From contig NC_092354.1 in NCBI RefSeq assembly GCF_963676685.1, forward strand, positions 74,152,001 to 74,216,000: DNA of 64,000 bases, written 5' to 3'. Position numbers and translations under genes: made by a program. Below the pieces are notes generated by a model. The model did not search any database and was not told where the DNA came from. It saw nothing but the letters and a program-made list of their open reading frames with translations. Below, piece by piece: positions 39,301-53,073 of the stretch. Source of the DNA: Mytilus edulis (Eukaryota). Each line of letters starts with the position of its first letter. The first letter of the stretch is position 1.

Positions 39301-40514
39301 AATTCCCGTCTTAAGGATCAGGTCAAAAGAAAAAGTTTTGCATCCCAATTACACTAAGTCTATATATGTTTTGTTTAAAAATCTTATTATGATATGCCGA
39401 TACTCACTGCTTGTTTGTCATTGTATTTGTTAGCATTCCTCGTCATTAGAGTTTGCTCATACTGTTTATTTTTATGTAGACATTTACGACATCAATCGTC
39501 ATCATGGATTCAGCACCGTATCATGATTCTTGAAGTTAAGAAAAAAACATCTAATGGAAGTCTAGTTAATTGTGCATTATCTTCACAAGTTGATGTTTTC
39601 TTAGTGCAATTTTGTACACAATAGATAGACTAAAAGCAAATAAATGAAAGACTGAATTATATACCGTTTAAAAAGAATGAATGTGTACGTGTTGCATGCT
39701 GCCAAATGTCTAAGATCTGAACTTACAGTTTATTTTAAAATAAAGTTGAAGACATTGTCAAAATAGGCGTTAATCCATTTTGGAATTTGAAAAAAAAATG
39801 ATGTGAAACAAAATGCTCGACCTTTTCCTTGATGAAATTTACCATTTTCCTTTTGTACAGTGCATTCAGGTATTATGCAAGTTTTACAAGAATGTACTGT
39901 ACGTTGGTTTAATTATTTTGTTTAAAACGAATATTGATATCTTGTATTAATGTAGTTCTATGTTGAGCTGTCATATATGGCTTTTGTAAAGTTTAATGAA
40001 AAATTCTTTACTTTATTTAAGGATTATTGACTCAATTGCCCTGATTTTGTTTTCTATTGTTATAATATAAAGAGTTAATAATAAAACAAATAATACCTTT
40101 GACATTACTGATATTACGTATTTGCACTGTCGAAAACCAATTTCATCTTACAAAGTAATAAAAAGTAAAGATTGCAATTTTACAACATAACGTCCTTTCC
40201 TCAGGAATAATGCTGACGGTCAATAACTATATTATTGACCGTTAATAAATGTAATATTGAACTGTCAACTAATGCATTATCACCCTGACAGGTAATGCGC
40301 GATTGCTATTTAATTTAGATAATAAAATCTGAAGTGTCTGATGGGTAGTAGTTGGACTTTTGTCCTGCTCGTAAGTAACTAATTTGTGGATTATTACGCA
40401 ACAGTTGTTTTATTTCTTATTAGACACGACGTCCCTATGGACTGACTTGAATCTCGTTTGAAATAAGTTGCAATGCAATCGCAGTGATACTTAATTTTAT
40501 ATTGAACTTAGATA

Positions 40515-40640
40515 ATGGATAGAATTTCTGTTAACCGATTTTCGTTCCGAAGGAAAGGAAGTAACAGGAAAAAAGATGAAGTATCCTCGAAACTTTATGA
40601 TTTTTCAAAGTTAACTTATTTAAGGTATGTTGAAATTTAG
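40515..40640 (+). CDS. Conserved small ORF or first exon, copy 1: MDRISVNRFSFRRKGSNRKKDEVSSKLYDFSKLTYLR(YVEI*)
   Basis: Gap-free homology to 51191 and 60440; in-frame TAG just upstream; A at -3 and G at +4; possible donor AG|gtatgt after 40624. Confidence 0.8.
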   Translation: MDRISVNRFSFRRKGSNRKKDEVSSKLYDFSKLTYLRYVEI

Positions 40641-43600
40641 TATATATTGCTATACCCCTATTTTTGACATTTTTACGTCTTATGTCTGTTTGTTTTTTTC
40701 ACGCATCGTTGTCAATATAATGGAATTTGATGCAACTGTCTTACAAGTGAGAGGTTTATATAGCTATACAACCGGGATCGATCAACGATTTTCTACAAAT
40801 AAAAATGCCTGTATCAAGTCAGTAATGACAGTTGTCATTCATTCTTGTGATGTGTTTGAGCTTTGGATTTTGCCTTTAGATTGGGGAATTTCCGTTTTGG
40901 ATTGTCCTCGGAGTTCAGTATTTTTGTGATTTTACATTTTGATTATTTCATAACCATAAACAAATCCAGAGCTTGATAACGTAGTATGTAGTTTGTTTTT
41001 GAAATAACAGTACCGAATGCATCGATGAAAAAATTCTTTTGTCGATTCAGTGTACAACAAACACTGATAATAATCAGCGTACGCATCTCAAAATGCAACA
41101 ATATAATAATTGTTATAGATACTGTAAGTTTTAGTTATAATGAACATAATTACAATGGTAACTAAACAAAATTAGAAATGACGATAATCACTGTACAATA
41201 TGTACGTAGATTACAAAAAATAACTATAATGTTTTTTTTTTTCAAATTGTTCATACTATTTGCAAATCTATGTCAGATATTTAAACATTTACCTCATGCC
41301 TAAACGCTTGATTGGATTTCGACAGCCTAATGATGTAAGTACAAGAAGTTATCGTAATACAATAGAAAACTTTCGAGTTCGATGCATTTCCGTCAAAAAC
41401 TCTGGTTTTAGTGAACGTCTTTTGTGCGTTTAGGGGCGTCGTCACTTCCATTCCAATGTTGAGCGAGTGGTTGGAAAACTATAATTCTATATTGTACGAA
41501 TTATTCGGCAAATTGAATTCTCAAAGTTGACAATCAGCATTGCTGTCATTAGGGAATTGCCATTAAGTACCTACAGAACAACCATTATTTCTAGTTTATC
41601 CTGCACAATGACGATCACTAAGACACTTGGTGAACGTAAATAGTGCAGGGATACAGGCGACCCCCTCTATCTGGTAAATGACGTCATAAAGGCGCGTATA
41701 ATTGACGAGTTTTTTTCGGTGACGGATGAACTCGAAAGTGGTCTATTATTATTTAGACTTGCACCATCGCTACGGTTTATTGTATGAGTTTCATTAATAT
41801 TATCATGTTCTTGTTCATAAAGGAATCGTGAATGTCGTCTGTCTATTCGATATTTCAACCTGGGATCGTTAGCATTTATCATTCTTAGATATGCCATAAA
41901 ACTATGTATGCGTATGGCTTATGTATCTTTCATGATGGATAACATTCAGAAATTATTCGACTACATGCAATTTGATATCAAATTTAGTGTTTGTCGATTA
42001 GTCGTCATTATTGTTTTAATTAGCCATGGTATTGTCATCTCGTTGTCAAATTTTAGTCTAAATAATTAGTTGGAATCTTCTACATTTCTATCAACCAGTG
42101 ACCAACCGCCGTAATTTACATATGGCGTTTATACACAAAATAAGTTTAAGTAATGAATTTTTCTTATTTAAAAAAAAAATACGTATATTAAATGGACGCA
42201 GACATTTGACTTCACTGATGCTTTTAGCACGTTACAGTCAAACAAATGACTATATAGTAATTGTACAAAGACAAAATGGCTTCGCTTTCAAACATATTTT
42301 ATTCATTAGAATATGATAAGGATTTACGCCACAGGCACACAGTGGTCTTTTGGAATTTTTTAAGATGTTCAACGGTCGACAGAAAAAAAATCGTCACCAA
42401 AGTGCTTCAACAATTACATTTCGATATATTAACTTTTGACCAAGACCAATCGTAAAATTAGTTTTGGGTTTAATTCATTTTGAAACACAATGTGATTGTT
42501 GTCTTCCTATCAAAATGCCATTTTAACTATGTATTTGCATTTCGGTGAAGATATATTTAAATTATAAGTTAATTTATATATATTTGGACCAGTTGTAACC
42601 TTTACCAAACAAGAAAAGAGGTTTAGAACAGTTTTCTTAACATCTATTCTATGACAAAATAGTTTTAGACAGTTTTACCCAATAGCACTTTTGATCTGAT
42701 TCTTACAGTTCTATTATATACAAGTATATACCACAGTTCTATTATATACATGTATATACCAAGTTTGAACTAATTCTAAAAGTTCTACCATAGAATAGAT
42801 AAAAGTGTAGTGTAGGACAGATCTATATATTCATACATGTATAATGTATTTCATTAAATGATTACTTTATTCATTTATATTCTTCCTCTCGTTTTACTCG
42901 AATCGTTCTTTACTGTTTATGTTATTAACATATTTAAGAAAAAAGTGAAATAACAAAAATACCACACTCCGAGGAAAATTCAAAACGGAAATTCCACAAT
43001 CAAATGTCGAAACAAAAGCTCAATCACATCAAACGAATAAATTATAAATGTTCTACCTCAAGATACATTCTGACAGTTGTGCTATACAGTTTCATAATGT
43101 ATAGATTTTGGAAGTGATATTCTTAAACTGTACATACCAGTTCTACTTACATTTGTTCATGTAGAAATGTTTTTGTACAGTTCTTTTCTAAACCAGTGCG
43201 GACAGTTTGACTCATGTTTAGAATCGTTATATGACGTGAAAGCTTATTTCGGATGTTTAAATGAGGGATTATAACTGATCCAAACTGTACTTCTTGGATT
43301 AAAAGCAAATAGAAATTAATTGTTTCAGCACTTTAATATTATATTTAGCAAGGTCAGTGACCTTAACCATGTTAAGTATTATGCTACTGTGTTTTTAAAT
43401 TAGTTGTTTTTATACCGTTTATGCATGTTGCTAATTTTAGTTGATAACTTTCTATAACACAAAATCATTAGATTATAATGGCCATTCCATTTTAAAATGA
43501 ATTATTGAATTGAGACTTAGGCAATTCAAAGCTTTTATGACTTAAGAAATCCGTATGCCATCATAATTGTTTGTACACGTTTCCTGAGAAAGCTATATTA

Positions 43601-45804
43601 ATTCTCTACATGATAACATTAGAAATTGGATCTCCCATGACTATAAATATATCAGTAATGTTTTTCTTTTAAAATAATGAACAGGTATTTAATTTAACAG
43701 CTGGTTTTACGTTTGGTGTCAATCTATACCAATTAAGTGTTTTGTTTAAAAAAAAAAACAGCTCCTACGTTTATAATGTGTTTGGTTCTATATATAGTCA
43801 ACGTCTATACATATGTATATCTAGAACGTGCTTGATTGGCACTGGTGCTAAAAGTACAAAACTAAACTACGTTACAACAATCTTTTAAATTAAGAAGAAA
43901 AATCAATGTGCTAATTAAGATTGATTGACTTTGCTTTGCCTTTTTTTCTCAATTTTATTTCTTATAATATATACGTTATTAACATTGGGGACCCAAACAA
44001 GCAAAAAGAAAAACTTGTTATCGTGATATAAGCAAAGATAAGACGGATATATGTATAACTGACATCAATGCTCCAAATTGATGGCCACTTTTTGAAGACA
44101 AATTTTAACTGTTCAATGTTTTTCTGTTATTTTTACACAATTTCAATATGTTCTTTTTTGTTATATTAACATTAATAAAATTGAGAATGGAAATGGGGAA
44201 TGTGTCAAAGAGACAACAACCCGACCAAATAAAAAACAGCAACAGCAGAGGGTCACCAACAGGTCTTTAATGTAGCGAGAAATTCCCGCACCCGGAGTCG
44301 TCTATTAATCTATTAAGATAATACTCGTGTTACTAGTAATTTGATGTTAAGACGTCGGTTCCACAGCATTGATATTTTATTACGTGTAACTTACGTATTT
44401 AACGTCAATATCAACGTTATACACGATTACGTTGAACTTATTATGTTTTAGCAATGTGTTACATGCGTTGCATTTATTCCATTTGGAAAATGTTTGGTTT
44501 TGAGATTAATCTTCAAATCATATTTCATTGACTTTCATTGAAACGACATACCCAAAATAGAATTTTAATATTAACGAAACAAATAAAAGATTTGTCAAAT
44601 GGAATTTCCTATACCATCAGAATGATTATTTATCTATGAAGCTGTAATAATACTTATGGGAAATCGTCATTAATTTGATCAGCTTTTAGTATAGATATAT
44701 CAAGTAAATGTGTTTTTATCCTTTCAATCTTGAATACATTTTTTAGTTGATAAGTCGGTGAATAATGTGTGTGCCATTATATCTTTGCTATGCCGTTACC
44801 ACAAACGATGTGTATGGAAATGTCACAGATCCTGGCATTAATTCAGTGTGTTTGATTAGAATTTCTAAGAAAGCGGAAAATATTTAAAGTCATCACTAAG
44901 CAAATCACACATTTAAATCATTTTGGAAGTTTTAATTAGTATTGATTTATCTTTGGCATGTGTTCTCCGCGATGATGTTATTGATGCATGGTTCTATTTG
45001 TGTTGTATTATGTTTAAATTGTCAATAGAACTTTGAATTTCAGTTGAACGGATGATACCATAACTTCATTTATGTAATGCTGGTGATGTTTGATGACTGT
45101 TTAACACATAGTGGTAAATTATATACATGTTCAGGATAAGAAATTATTGATGCGATATGAATATGAACCTAACTTTGTACTAGTCCGACATACTGAGCCG
45201 GGTTTTTGCAGACTACTTAATTATGATATTGTCTAAACAGATATTCGGACCCCAGACCTTGTTATCCGAATCTCAATGTGCATCTGTGTTTCGAAATTGC
45301 ATTGCATGATTACTACGCATCAATTGAAAACTTGCAAACTTGAGACAACACAAACCCAGCAAAAATTCGTAATGATTTCAGTTGCTTCAAATGGTAAGCA
45401 GATACCTCACTGTATTGCTTGGGAATGCCATTATGCAATAATCGGAAACAACGATCTAATTGTTAAATGTAAAAATTTTGTAAACAAAAGATTTAAATTA
45501 GACATCTAATCAATTATGTAAAATCTAAAAAGCTTTTTTGGATATAAATCTTATCTTGGATAAAATATCTAGAAATAAAATGTGTTTATCGAGATCGAGA
45601 TCAAAGTTCATTAAATGCAGCCGGTAGCATCAATTAAAAAAGTGTATTTAATACAATTCAGAGTATTGATTCATATATACATCAAATGTGCTTTGTTTGG
45701 TATGAATTTATCAATTTGTCCCATAATGTATGTTTCGGAATAAAACACATATATGCAATGTTTTTATGCAGTTAAGCTGCATTATGCGAGCACAGAATAT
45801 TTGA

Positions 45805-46062
45805 TTAGACTATTAACAGGATTTGTTATCACATAAGCAACACGACGGGTGTCACATAGAGCAGGATCTGCTTACCCTTCCGGAGCACCTGAGATCGCCC
45901 CTAGTTTTTTTGTGGGGTTCGTGTTGTTTATTCTTTAGTTTTCTATGTGGTGTCATGTGTGCTGTTGTTTGTTTGTCTTTTTCATTTTTAGCCATGGCGT
46001 TGTCAGTTTGTTTTAGATTTTTTTAGAGTTTGACTGTCTCTTTGGTATCTGTCGTCCCTATT
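45805..46062 (+). mobile_element. 3' tail copy of the retroelement family at 32513-32947
   Basis: gcaggatctgcttacccttccggagcacctgagatc...gccatggcgttgtcagtttg is the near reverse complement of 32515-32780. Confidence 0.8.
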
Positions 46063-46904
46063 TTGTGTTCTACCCAATAAATGGTGAAATACGTGCCATT
46101 GTTATTATCTAGTTGGCTACTATGTTATTTATAACTAATTGAACACTTTTTTCATACTTTTAATCCTGGTTTACAAAAAAAATATGACCAGAAAAACCTT
46201 AAATGATCGTCGAATCACCCAAAAGGAAGTAGTACTCATTAGAATCCTTATATAGTTTATTATCGCCGAAAATCTCTAAAGAAAGTAGTTTCCCAATTGT
46301 AAAAGTCGTAGGAATTTTGTTTGTTGTCAATACGTAGAACAACTACGTCAGTAGTCTTTAAATAAGTAAAACTAGTACTGTTGGCGGCAATTTCAAAGTA
46401 GGAGACGACATTTTCGTATGTTTTAAATTTGGAAGATTCTGATGATAGAAAGGTAATTACTGTTAATCATGATTTATTTTTCTTTAAGATGAGTGTAAAT
46501 GAAAAGTGTATTCCCATTTGAATTTCATTCTTTTAAATTACTCCTTTTTTCACATAAATAAGCTTATCAAGTAATGCATTAACATAAGGTGTTTACACTT
46601 TCTTAAAAATGAAAAAAACTCCGGATCAAATCGACCAAGTAGACCTTAATGGAATGTTTTAATGCATGGGAACAACTCGTCCCCGAGACAAATTGGATCG
46701 TCTGAGAAGACAATATAGACTTTTGTCAGATTTCTTAGGGTTTCATAGAATGTTAGAATAACGTGTCTAGCGGAGCCATAAATCTTTCGTTTGTGCATTT
46801 GGGCCCATTTGGGGGTATTTCAAGGGGCCTAAAGAAGGAAGTATTTACTGTAGAACCCATTTTTTCAAATTTTTGAAATGAGTATTATTATAAAAAACAG
46901 TAAG

Positions 46905-48186
46905 TGATAGACACATATGGTCTTCAGTAATGGGACAATATAACATATCAAAGAAAAAAGGGGGAGTCCCTGGAGACAACCCTACCCCCTTCCCAATGTT
47001 TGGGAACAGTCGAGATTCCCACCCGTAAACCATATTTATTCATGTATGGGACAATATAACTAATCAAATGAAATATAGTGGGAGTTCCTGGGGTCACCCC
47101 ACCTCCTGTTTGGGAACTCTAAAATGGTTGAGATCCCTACCCCTTAACCATATATATTCAAGTATTGGACAATATAATAAATCAAATCAAATATAGGGGA
47201 AGTCCCTGTAGTCACCCCCTCCTGTCTGAGAACTTAGAAACGGGCGAGATCCCAACCCTAAACCATATATATTCATGTATGGGGCATTATAGCTAATCAA
47301 ATGAAATATAGGGCAGTCCCTTAGGTCACCCACCTCCTCCTGGTGGGAACGTTTAAACGGTCAAGATCCTCACCCCTCACCATATATATTCAAGTATGGG
47401 ATAATATAAAAAACCAAATGAAAAATAGGGTGTGTCCCTGGATACAACCCTACCCCCTTCCCAATGTTTGGGAACTTGGAACAGTCGAGATTCCCACCCG
47501 TAAACCATATTTTTGAGATCCCAACCCTAAACCATATATATTCATGTATGGGGCATTATAGCTAATCAAATGAAATATAGGGCAGTCCCTTAGGTCACCC
47601 ACCTCCTCCTGGTGGGAACGTTTAAACGGTCAAGATCCTCACCCCTCACCATATATATTCAAGTATGGGACAATATAAAAAACCAAATGAAATATAGGGT
47701 GTGTCCCTGGAGTCGCCCCACACCTTCACGTTTGAGAACTTTGAAATTGTTGCGATCCCAACCCCTAAACTATACATACTCATGTATTTTACTATATAAC
47801 AAATCAAATAAAATAAAGGGGGAGTCCCTGTTGTCACCCTACCCCGTCCTGTTTGATAACTTGGAAAAGAATGGGATCCCCATCCCACACCTAAACTTTA
47901 TTTATATTCATGTATGGGACAATATAATAAATCAAATGAAATATAAAGGGGAGTTCCTTGGGTCACCCCACCCCCTCATATTTGAGAACTTAGAAACGGT
48001 CGAGATTCCAACACCTAAACAATATTTATTCATGTATGGGACAATATAACTAATCAAATGAAATATAGGGGGAGTCCCTGTGGTCACCCTACCCCCTCCT
48101 GTTCGAGAACTTAAAAACCTTCGAGATCCCCCCACCCTAAACATGCTAAACCATATATATACATGTTTGGGACAATATAACAAATC
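46905..48186. repeat. Satellite-like tandem array, unit about 120 bp, 10-11 copies
   Basis: Recurring attcatgtatgggacaatataa...caaatgaaatataggggagtccctg...gagatccc...taaaccatat. Confidence 0.9.
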
Positions 48187-49905
48187 ATTTACATTTACTA
48201 TAGGTAGGTCAGTCAGACCTCACTTCTGATCCCTGTAGTCTTGTCTGGTTTGTGCATCATAACCATAATAACTTTTGTACTATAGAAGTCAAACTCAGTT
48301 TTCTTTCCAGGGAAACAAGTCCATTCATACTATTACAAGTTCGTACTAAGTCAATTAGTACTACTAACAGTCAACTAATACCAACGTTTACTACAAACTA
48401 GAACAATTGCAATCATCGCAAACTTGTACCACTGCAGACTCACCATTAAAATATACATTGATATATGCATTGCTCTTGAAAACCTTGATAACAAGTGAAT
48501 TATTTGCCTTAATAATTAATTCATTTGATAAATAAATGTACAATATATGAATGTTTAATGTTGAAGCAACATTGCCACAGTTTTCATAATTACGTTCGCC
48601 TTGGTTTTTAATTAACTGCCTTCAGCGCTTACAGCGCTTTGATTTATTAGTATTCAAATAACATTGCATATAAGAAAATAACCATCATATGAAGTCAACT
48701 CATCAAATTTCATCTTCGCTTTTAACCCGTGTATAAGCTTGTGTAACTTTGTAACCTCAAGTTTCCAAATTTTTGTATAGAAACACAAAGTAATATAAGG
48801 AGTATAAACCATCTCATTATTTGGTTTAGTATTGTCAAACAATCGCGACCCCCCACCCCCCGTCCTTTACAGACGACCAAAGTTACCTTATGAAAATACA
48901 CGGTGTTGAGCACTAAATCATCCCTACCATGTACTCAGACTGGTGGTAACAACGTAAAACAAATAGTGTAACGATGTAATACACAAAATACCGACATTAA
49001 AGTAGTTGGGGTTTCTTAAAGCTAGTTCAAAGCAATTATCTGCTAATAAATAAATGTTCTCTGTGAATTTGATATCCCTTTAATGTCAACATTATACAGT
49101 ATTCTTATAGATACCTTAATTATTTAATGGCCTCTTTTATAATTCTTTGCTATTTTGTTTTAGCTTTTAGCAGATGAACTTTGTTCTTCAATTATTCCAT
49201 GTTTCGAAGTATTCTGTGTTGCTTGTAAATGGATTATTTATTTATTTGTAGTACATTTCGTTACTGATTTCTTAAAGGTTAATTACCTTCTTACAGAGAA
49301 TAGAATGTTCACTGATACTAATGGAATAGGCAAAGGCATCGATACGACACACTAATCACCAGCATTTAAAAACCTGCACGATTGTAGTAAAGTACGGAAC
49401 AAATAGATTATAATGATTTTTAGAAATGCAGCAATGCAAATATGCCCTTTAGCATTGATTTAAAGTGTGTAGCCTGTCATTGATATAAGATATAGTAATA
49501 ACGTATATGGATTACTTGCCATGTTAATCTGACCGTTAGACAGCAACAACCCGACCGCGACCGTAATTCGTGGATCAGTAGTTAAGGTTGTAGTTGCGTG
49601 ATTTGTAGTAGGTCAAATGTATGTGTTGTATGAGTTAATGTTAACATGTACATGTCAGCCTAGAAAGTGTTGACTGACCTTACGCTCATAATGTTTATCA
49701 TTTGTCTATATGAACACGTTTTTTTGGGTTTTTGCCTGATTCTCAAATCAATAGGTCAACTATATTTGGTGAAAGGAATGATTTAAAGGTGTATATATCT
49801 GTACTGCAGGTACCGTCTGTCGTTGACCTCATTTCCTCTGTAATGATGAGGTTTTGTGAAGACGAAACACATAGAAAAAACTGATTATGGTATCTATGAT
49901 GCATT

Positions 49906-50417
49906 TATTATACCCCCGCTTTGAAAAAAAGGGGGGTATACTGTTTTACCTCTGTCTGTCCTTTCGTCAGTCCGTCAGTTCATCAGTCCGTCAGTCCGTC
50001 AGTCTGTCAGTCAGTCCGTCTGTCCCATGAATATTGTTTGTCACATTTTTCTCAGGAACTACACTACCAGTATTTCTGAAATTTGGTTTATGGCTTAATA
50101 TAAGTCAGCTTTACCGTGTGATGCGTTTTCAGATTCATCACTCAACAACTGCCTGTTTACCGAATACTTGTTTGATTTTACACATGATAGCCAAGTTGAA
50201 AATGTTTCGTCACATTTTTCTCAGGAACTACAATACAAGGATTTCTGAAATTTGGTTTAATGGTTAATATAAGTCAGCTATACCGTGTTATGCGTTTTCA
50301 GATTCGTCACTCGACAACTTCCTGTTTCCTAAACACTTGCATATTTTTACACACTTAATATTATCCACTTGCGGCGGGGGTATCATCAGTGAGCAGTAGC
50401 TGGCAGTTTCACTTGTT
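49906..50417 (+). mobile_element. HINE/DINE-1-like (Helentron-associated) non-autonomous element
   Basis: Subterminal IR atacccccgc (49910) / gcgggggtat (50374); short 5' hairpin; (gtcc/gtca)n tract; two internal repeats of about 170 bp; ends cttgtt. Confidence 0.75.
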
Positions 50418-51190
50418 GTGTCCTCTTTTATAACAATAGAGGTATGGACGAACTACATTTCACGTATAGACTCATTGCAAGGTATACCAATCTATATGTC
50501 TGTCAGGTTTCATCTGATCTTAACCTATTTTTATGGTTCACTGTTTCATGTTATGTTTTTTTCTGGTTAAATCTGTTTCTCAGACACAAAAGAATCGTTT
50601 GTCAGTTATGAAAATGAATTTAATAATCATTGAAAATTATCGAATTCGTGTGACACATGAGTTGGAAATTGTTAGCATCTTCTTCAAACTTCACAAAGCT
50701 ATTCATTGTTTCAAGTTAAATGATGCGTCGTCGTAAAATATCGATATTTCATCAATTATTTTTTTTCTAATGAGATATTAACAATAGACAGCTATGAGCA
50801 TCAACACAAAAACATAATGTTACATACTTAAGGTTTTTTTTTGTTGTAAAAATAGAAGTGCGTTTTTGATCAAATTACTACTGAAATGGACTTTTAATGA
50901 CGGTTATAAGATTTAACAAGTTTAAGTTTGTGACAGGTTTTTACGCTTGGAGTTTTGCATGTAAACGCATAATCAGGTTGAATTAAGATAATCTTAAAAT
51001 AACAGAAATCGCTGTTCAGTCGAAACCTAATTGATAGATGGAACTTCCAAGAAACATCAAGCAATGGTGAGCGAAAAATGACAAGCTGACTTACGACTTG
51101 TGCATTGCATTCATACTAAAATTACATCGGAAGTCTATATCTATACAAATAAAAAAGATTAAATTTAAGTCAAATTTTAAAGCCTAAAAT

Positions 51191-51304
51191 ATGGAAAGGA
51201 TATCTGTAAATAGATTTTCATTCCGAAGAAAAGGAAGTAGTAAACGAAAAAATGACAACAAAGGTGGAGATTATGATTTTAGTCAGATGACCTTTTTCAG
51301 GTAA
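51191..51304 (+). CDS. Conserved small ORF or first exon, copy 2: MERISVNRFSFRRKGSSKRKNDNKGGDYDFSQMTFFR*
   Basis: 37 codons then TAA (also readable as donor AG|gtaaat); in-frame TAA upstream; 7 synonymous vs 1 nonsynonymous differences from copy 1 in the first 16 codons. Confidence 0.85.
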   Translation: MERISVNRFSFRRKGSSKRKNDNKGGDYDFSQMTFFR

Positions 51305-52832
51305 ATCATATATTTATTATGAATTATTAAGTGTCGTGTCGTCAGCCTTAATTGTAGAGAAACATCTAACATTAATAACAAATGGCCAAAATTGTTCTGT
51401 AAATGCACAGAAGCATATCTTGAAATTCCGAAAAGAATATTAAAAACATTACTAGAACTTAATGTCGGTACATTTTTATGGTTATATTACAGATATTGAA
51501 ATAACTTTATTTGCCTGGTTGTTTATACCTGAATGTGTTTGTCCTTTTTTATCTACGGGAAATAATTTAGCCCTTGTAAAACAAAGTAAATTTCTGCATT
51601 TCAAAAATGTATTTATTGTCAATACAAACCTTTAAACCCCCATTAATTTTAATTTGGACCAATACTGTTGTGTTCATATGATCGACAATATTAATTACTT
51701 TATATGACAGAAACACAGATTTTTTTTCAATTCTAGTGCAGAATAGAGCGTTGTCTGGTCCTTGAAACTGCAGCGTTGACACATGTTGTATATAAGTTTT
51801 GCATTTTTGTTTCGAATATTTTGCTTCAAGAGTTCTTAATGAAGTTAAATCAAGTTAAAACGCGTCATTTGCTTACTAATAATAGTTGTCAAAAGTACCA
51901 GGCTTGTAATCCTGAAAAAGAAGAGACCAACACGAGTTGTAAGATTGTTTAATTAACTGCAAGTTCAATGTGAAGAACGATAAATCAGGCGAACTAGGAC
52001 ATATACCGTACTAGAACCACAAAATCCCCCAAAACTCGTGAAAACTGTTACTTCGTCGGAAATGTGGTTGATGTTCCTGTGTCATCAACATTTACTGACA
52101 GCTTTTATATTTGATATGTGGGTTCCATGCGTATATCTGCCTTAATTTTTATTATACCTTATAATCGCCGCCAATTTTAAATTAATTATTGCAGACAGTG
52201 AATTTGGTTAAATAATAACGTTCAGTCAAATTAATAATAACATATATTAGTGTACATCAGTAAGATGACAAAAGAGGTCCTGTTTGATGACTTGGGTTTC
52301 CCAATTTAGAGAAGGATTTGTCCCGCGCAGTCCCTGATTACAAAGTTGATGTAACAATAGAAAGATGTGACATGTAATTCATTGCGGAGATGTCAAATGC
52401 CAATCACAACGCAATTTCCAAACCCAATTAATCATATCTACTGAAAACTAATTGGACAACGGCTGTATTGGTATTTCGTATATTCAAAAAGTGCAGAATT
52501 GTGTTTTCCTAAAATTTGCATTACAAATATTTGCATTTTCCTGTACAGTATTTAGTTGTGCAGCTTTACTTATAAATACAACACATATAAGTTAACATTG
52601 TTGGGTTATGATTGGATAAAATGTCGCCTTAAAATATATTTGCTGGACTAATTACAAACTGGATAGAATAACCCCTGCAAACTAAAGAATAATTGATAAT
52701 GTCATGCAGTTCATATCATATACATGTACATATTGGCATACCTTATTGTTTTATCTATTTTGACGGCATGCATATCATATAGAGAATATGTCAGCTAAAC
52801 AAACCCTGAAACCTATGTTTAGCTTTGAATTG

Positions 52833-53073
52833 ATGCACTGATACAATTTCTCCTCTTACCATGTACACTGATACAATTCTCATCTTACCATGTACACTGA
52901 TACAATTTCTCCTCTTACCAAGTACACTGTTACAATTTCTCCTCTTATCATGTACACTGAGACAATTTCTCCTCTTACCAAGTACACTGTTACAATTTCT
53001 CCTCTTATCATGTACACTGAAGCAATTTCTCCTCTTACCGTGTACACTGATACAATTTCTCCTCTTACCATGT
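52833..53073. repeat. 30-bp minisatellite, 8 copies
   Basis: Unit tgtacactgatacaatttctcctcttacca. Confidence 0.92.

Noticed and set aside
41667-41897. 76-aa minus-strand ORF in a CpG-richer block
   Set aside because: No recognisable domain or splice context; more likely part of a repeat
43701-43749. Candidate second exon for copy 1 (S-WFYVWCQSIPIKCFV*)
   Set aside because: One of many possible acceptors, with no homologue after copies 2 or 3
47612-48183. ORFs of 80-145 aa
   Set aside because: They lie within the 120-bp satellite array
51045-51053. STAT-like TTCCAAGAA upstream of small ORF copy 2
   Set aside because: Single short motif not conserved upstream of copies 1 and 3; expected by chance
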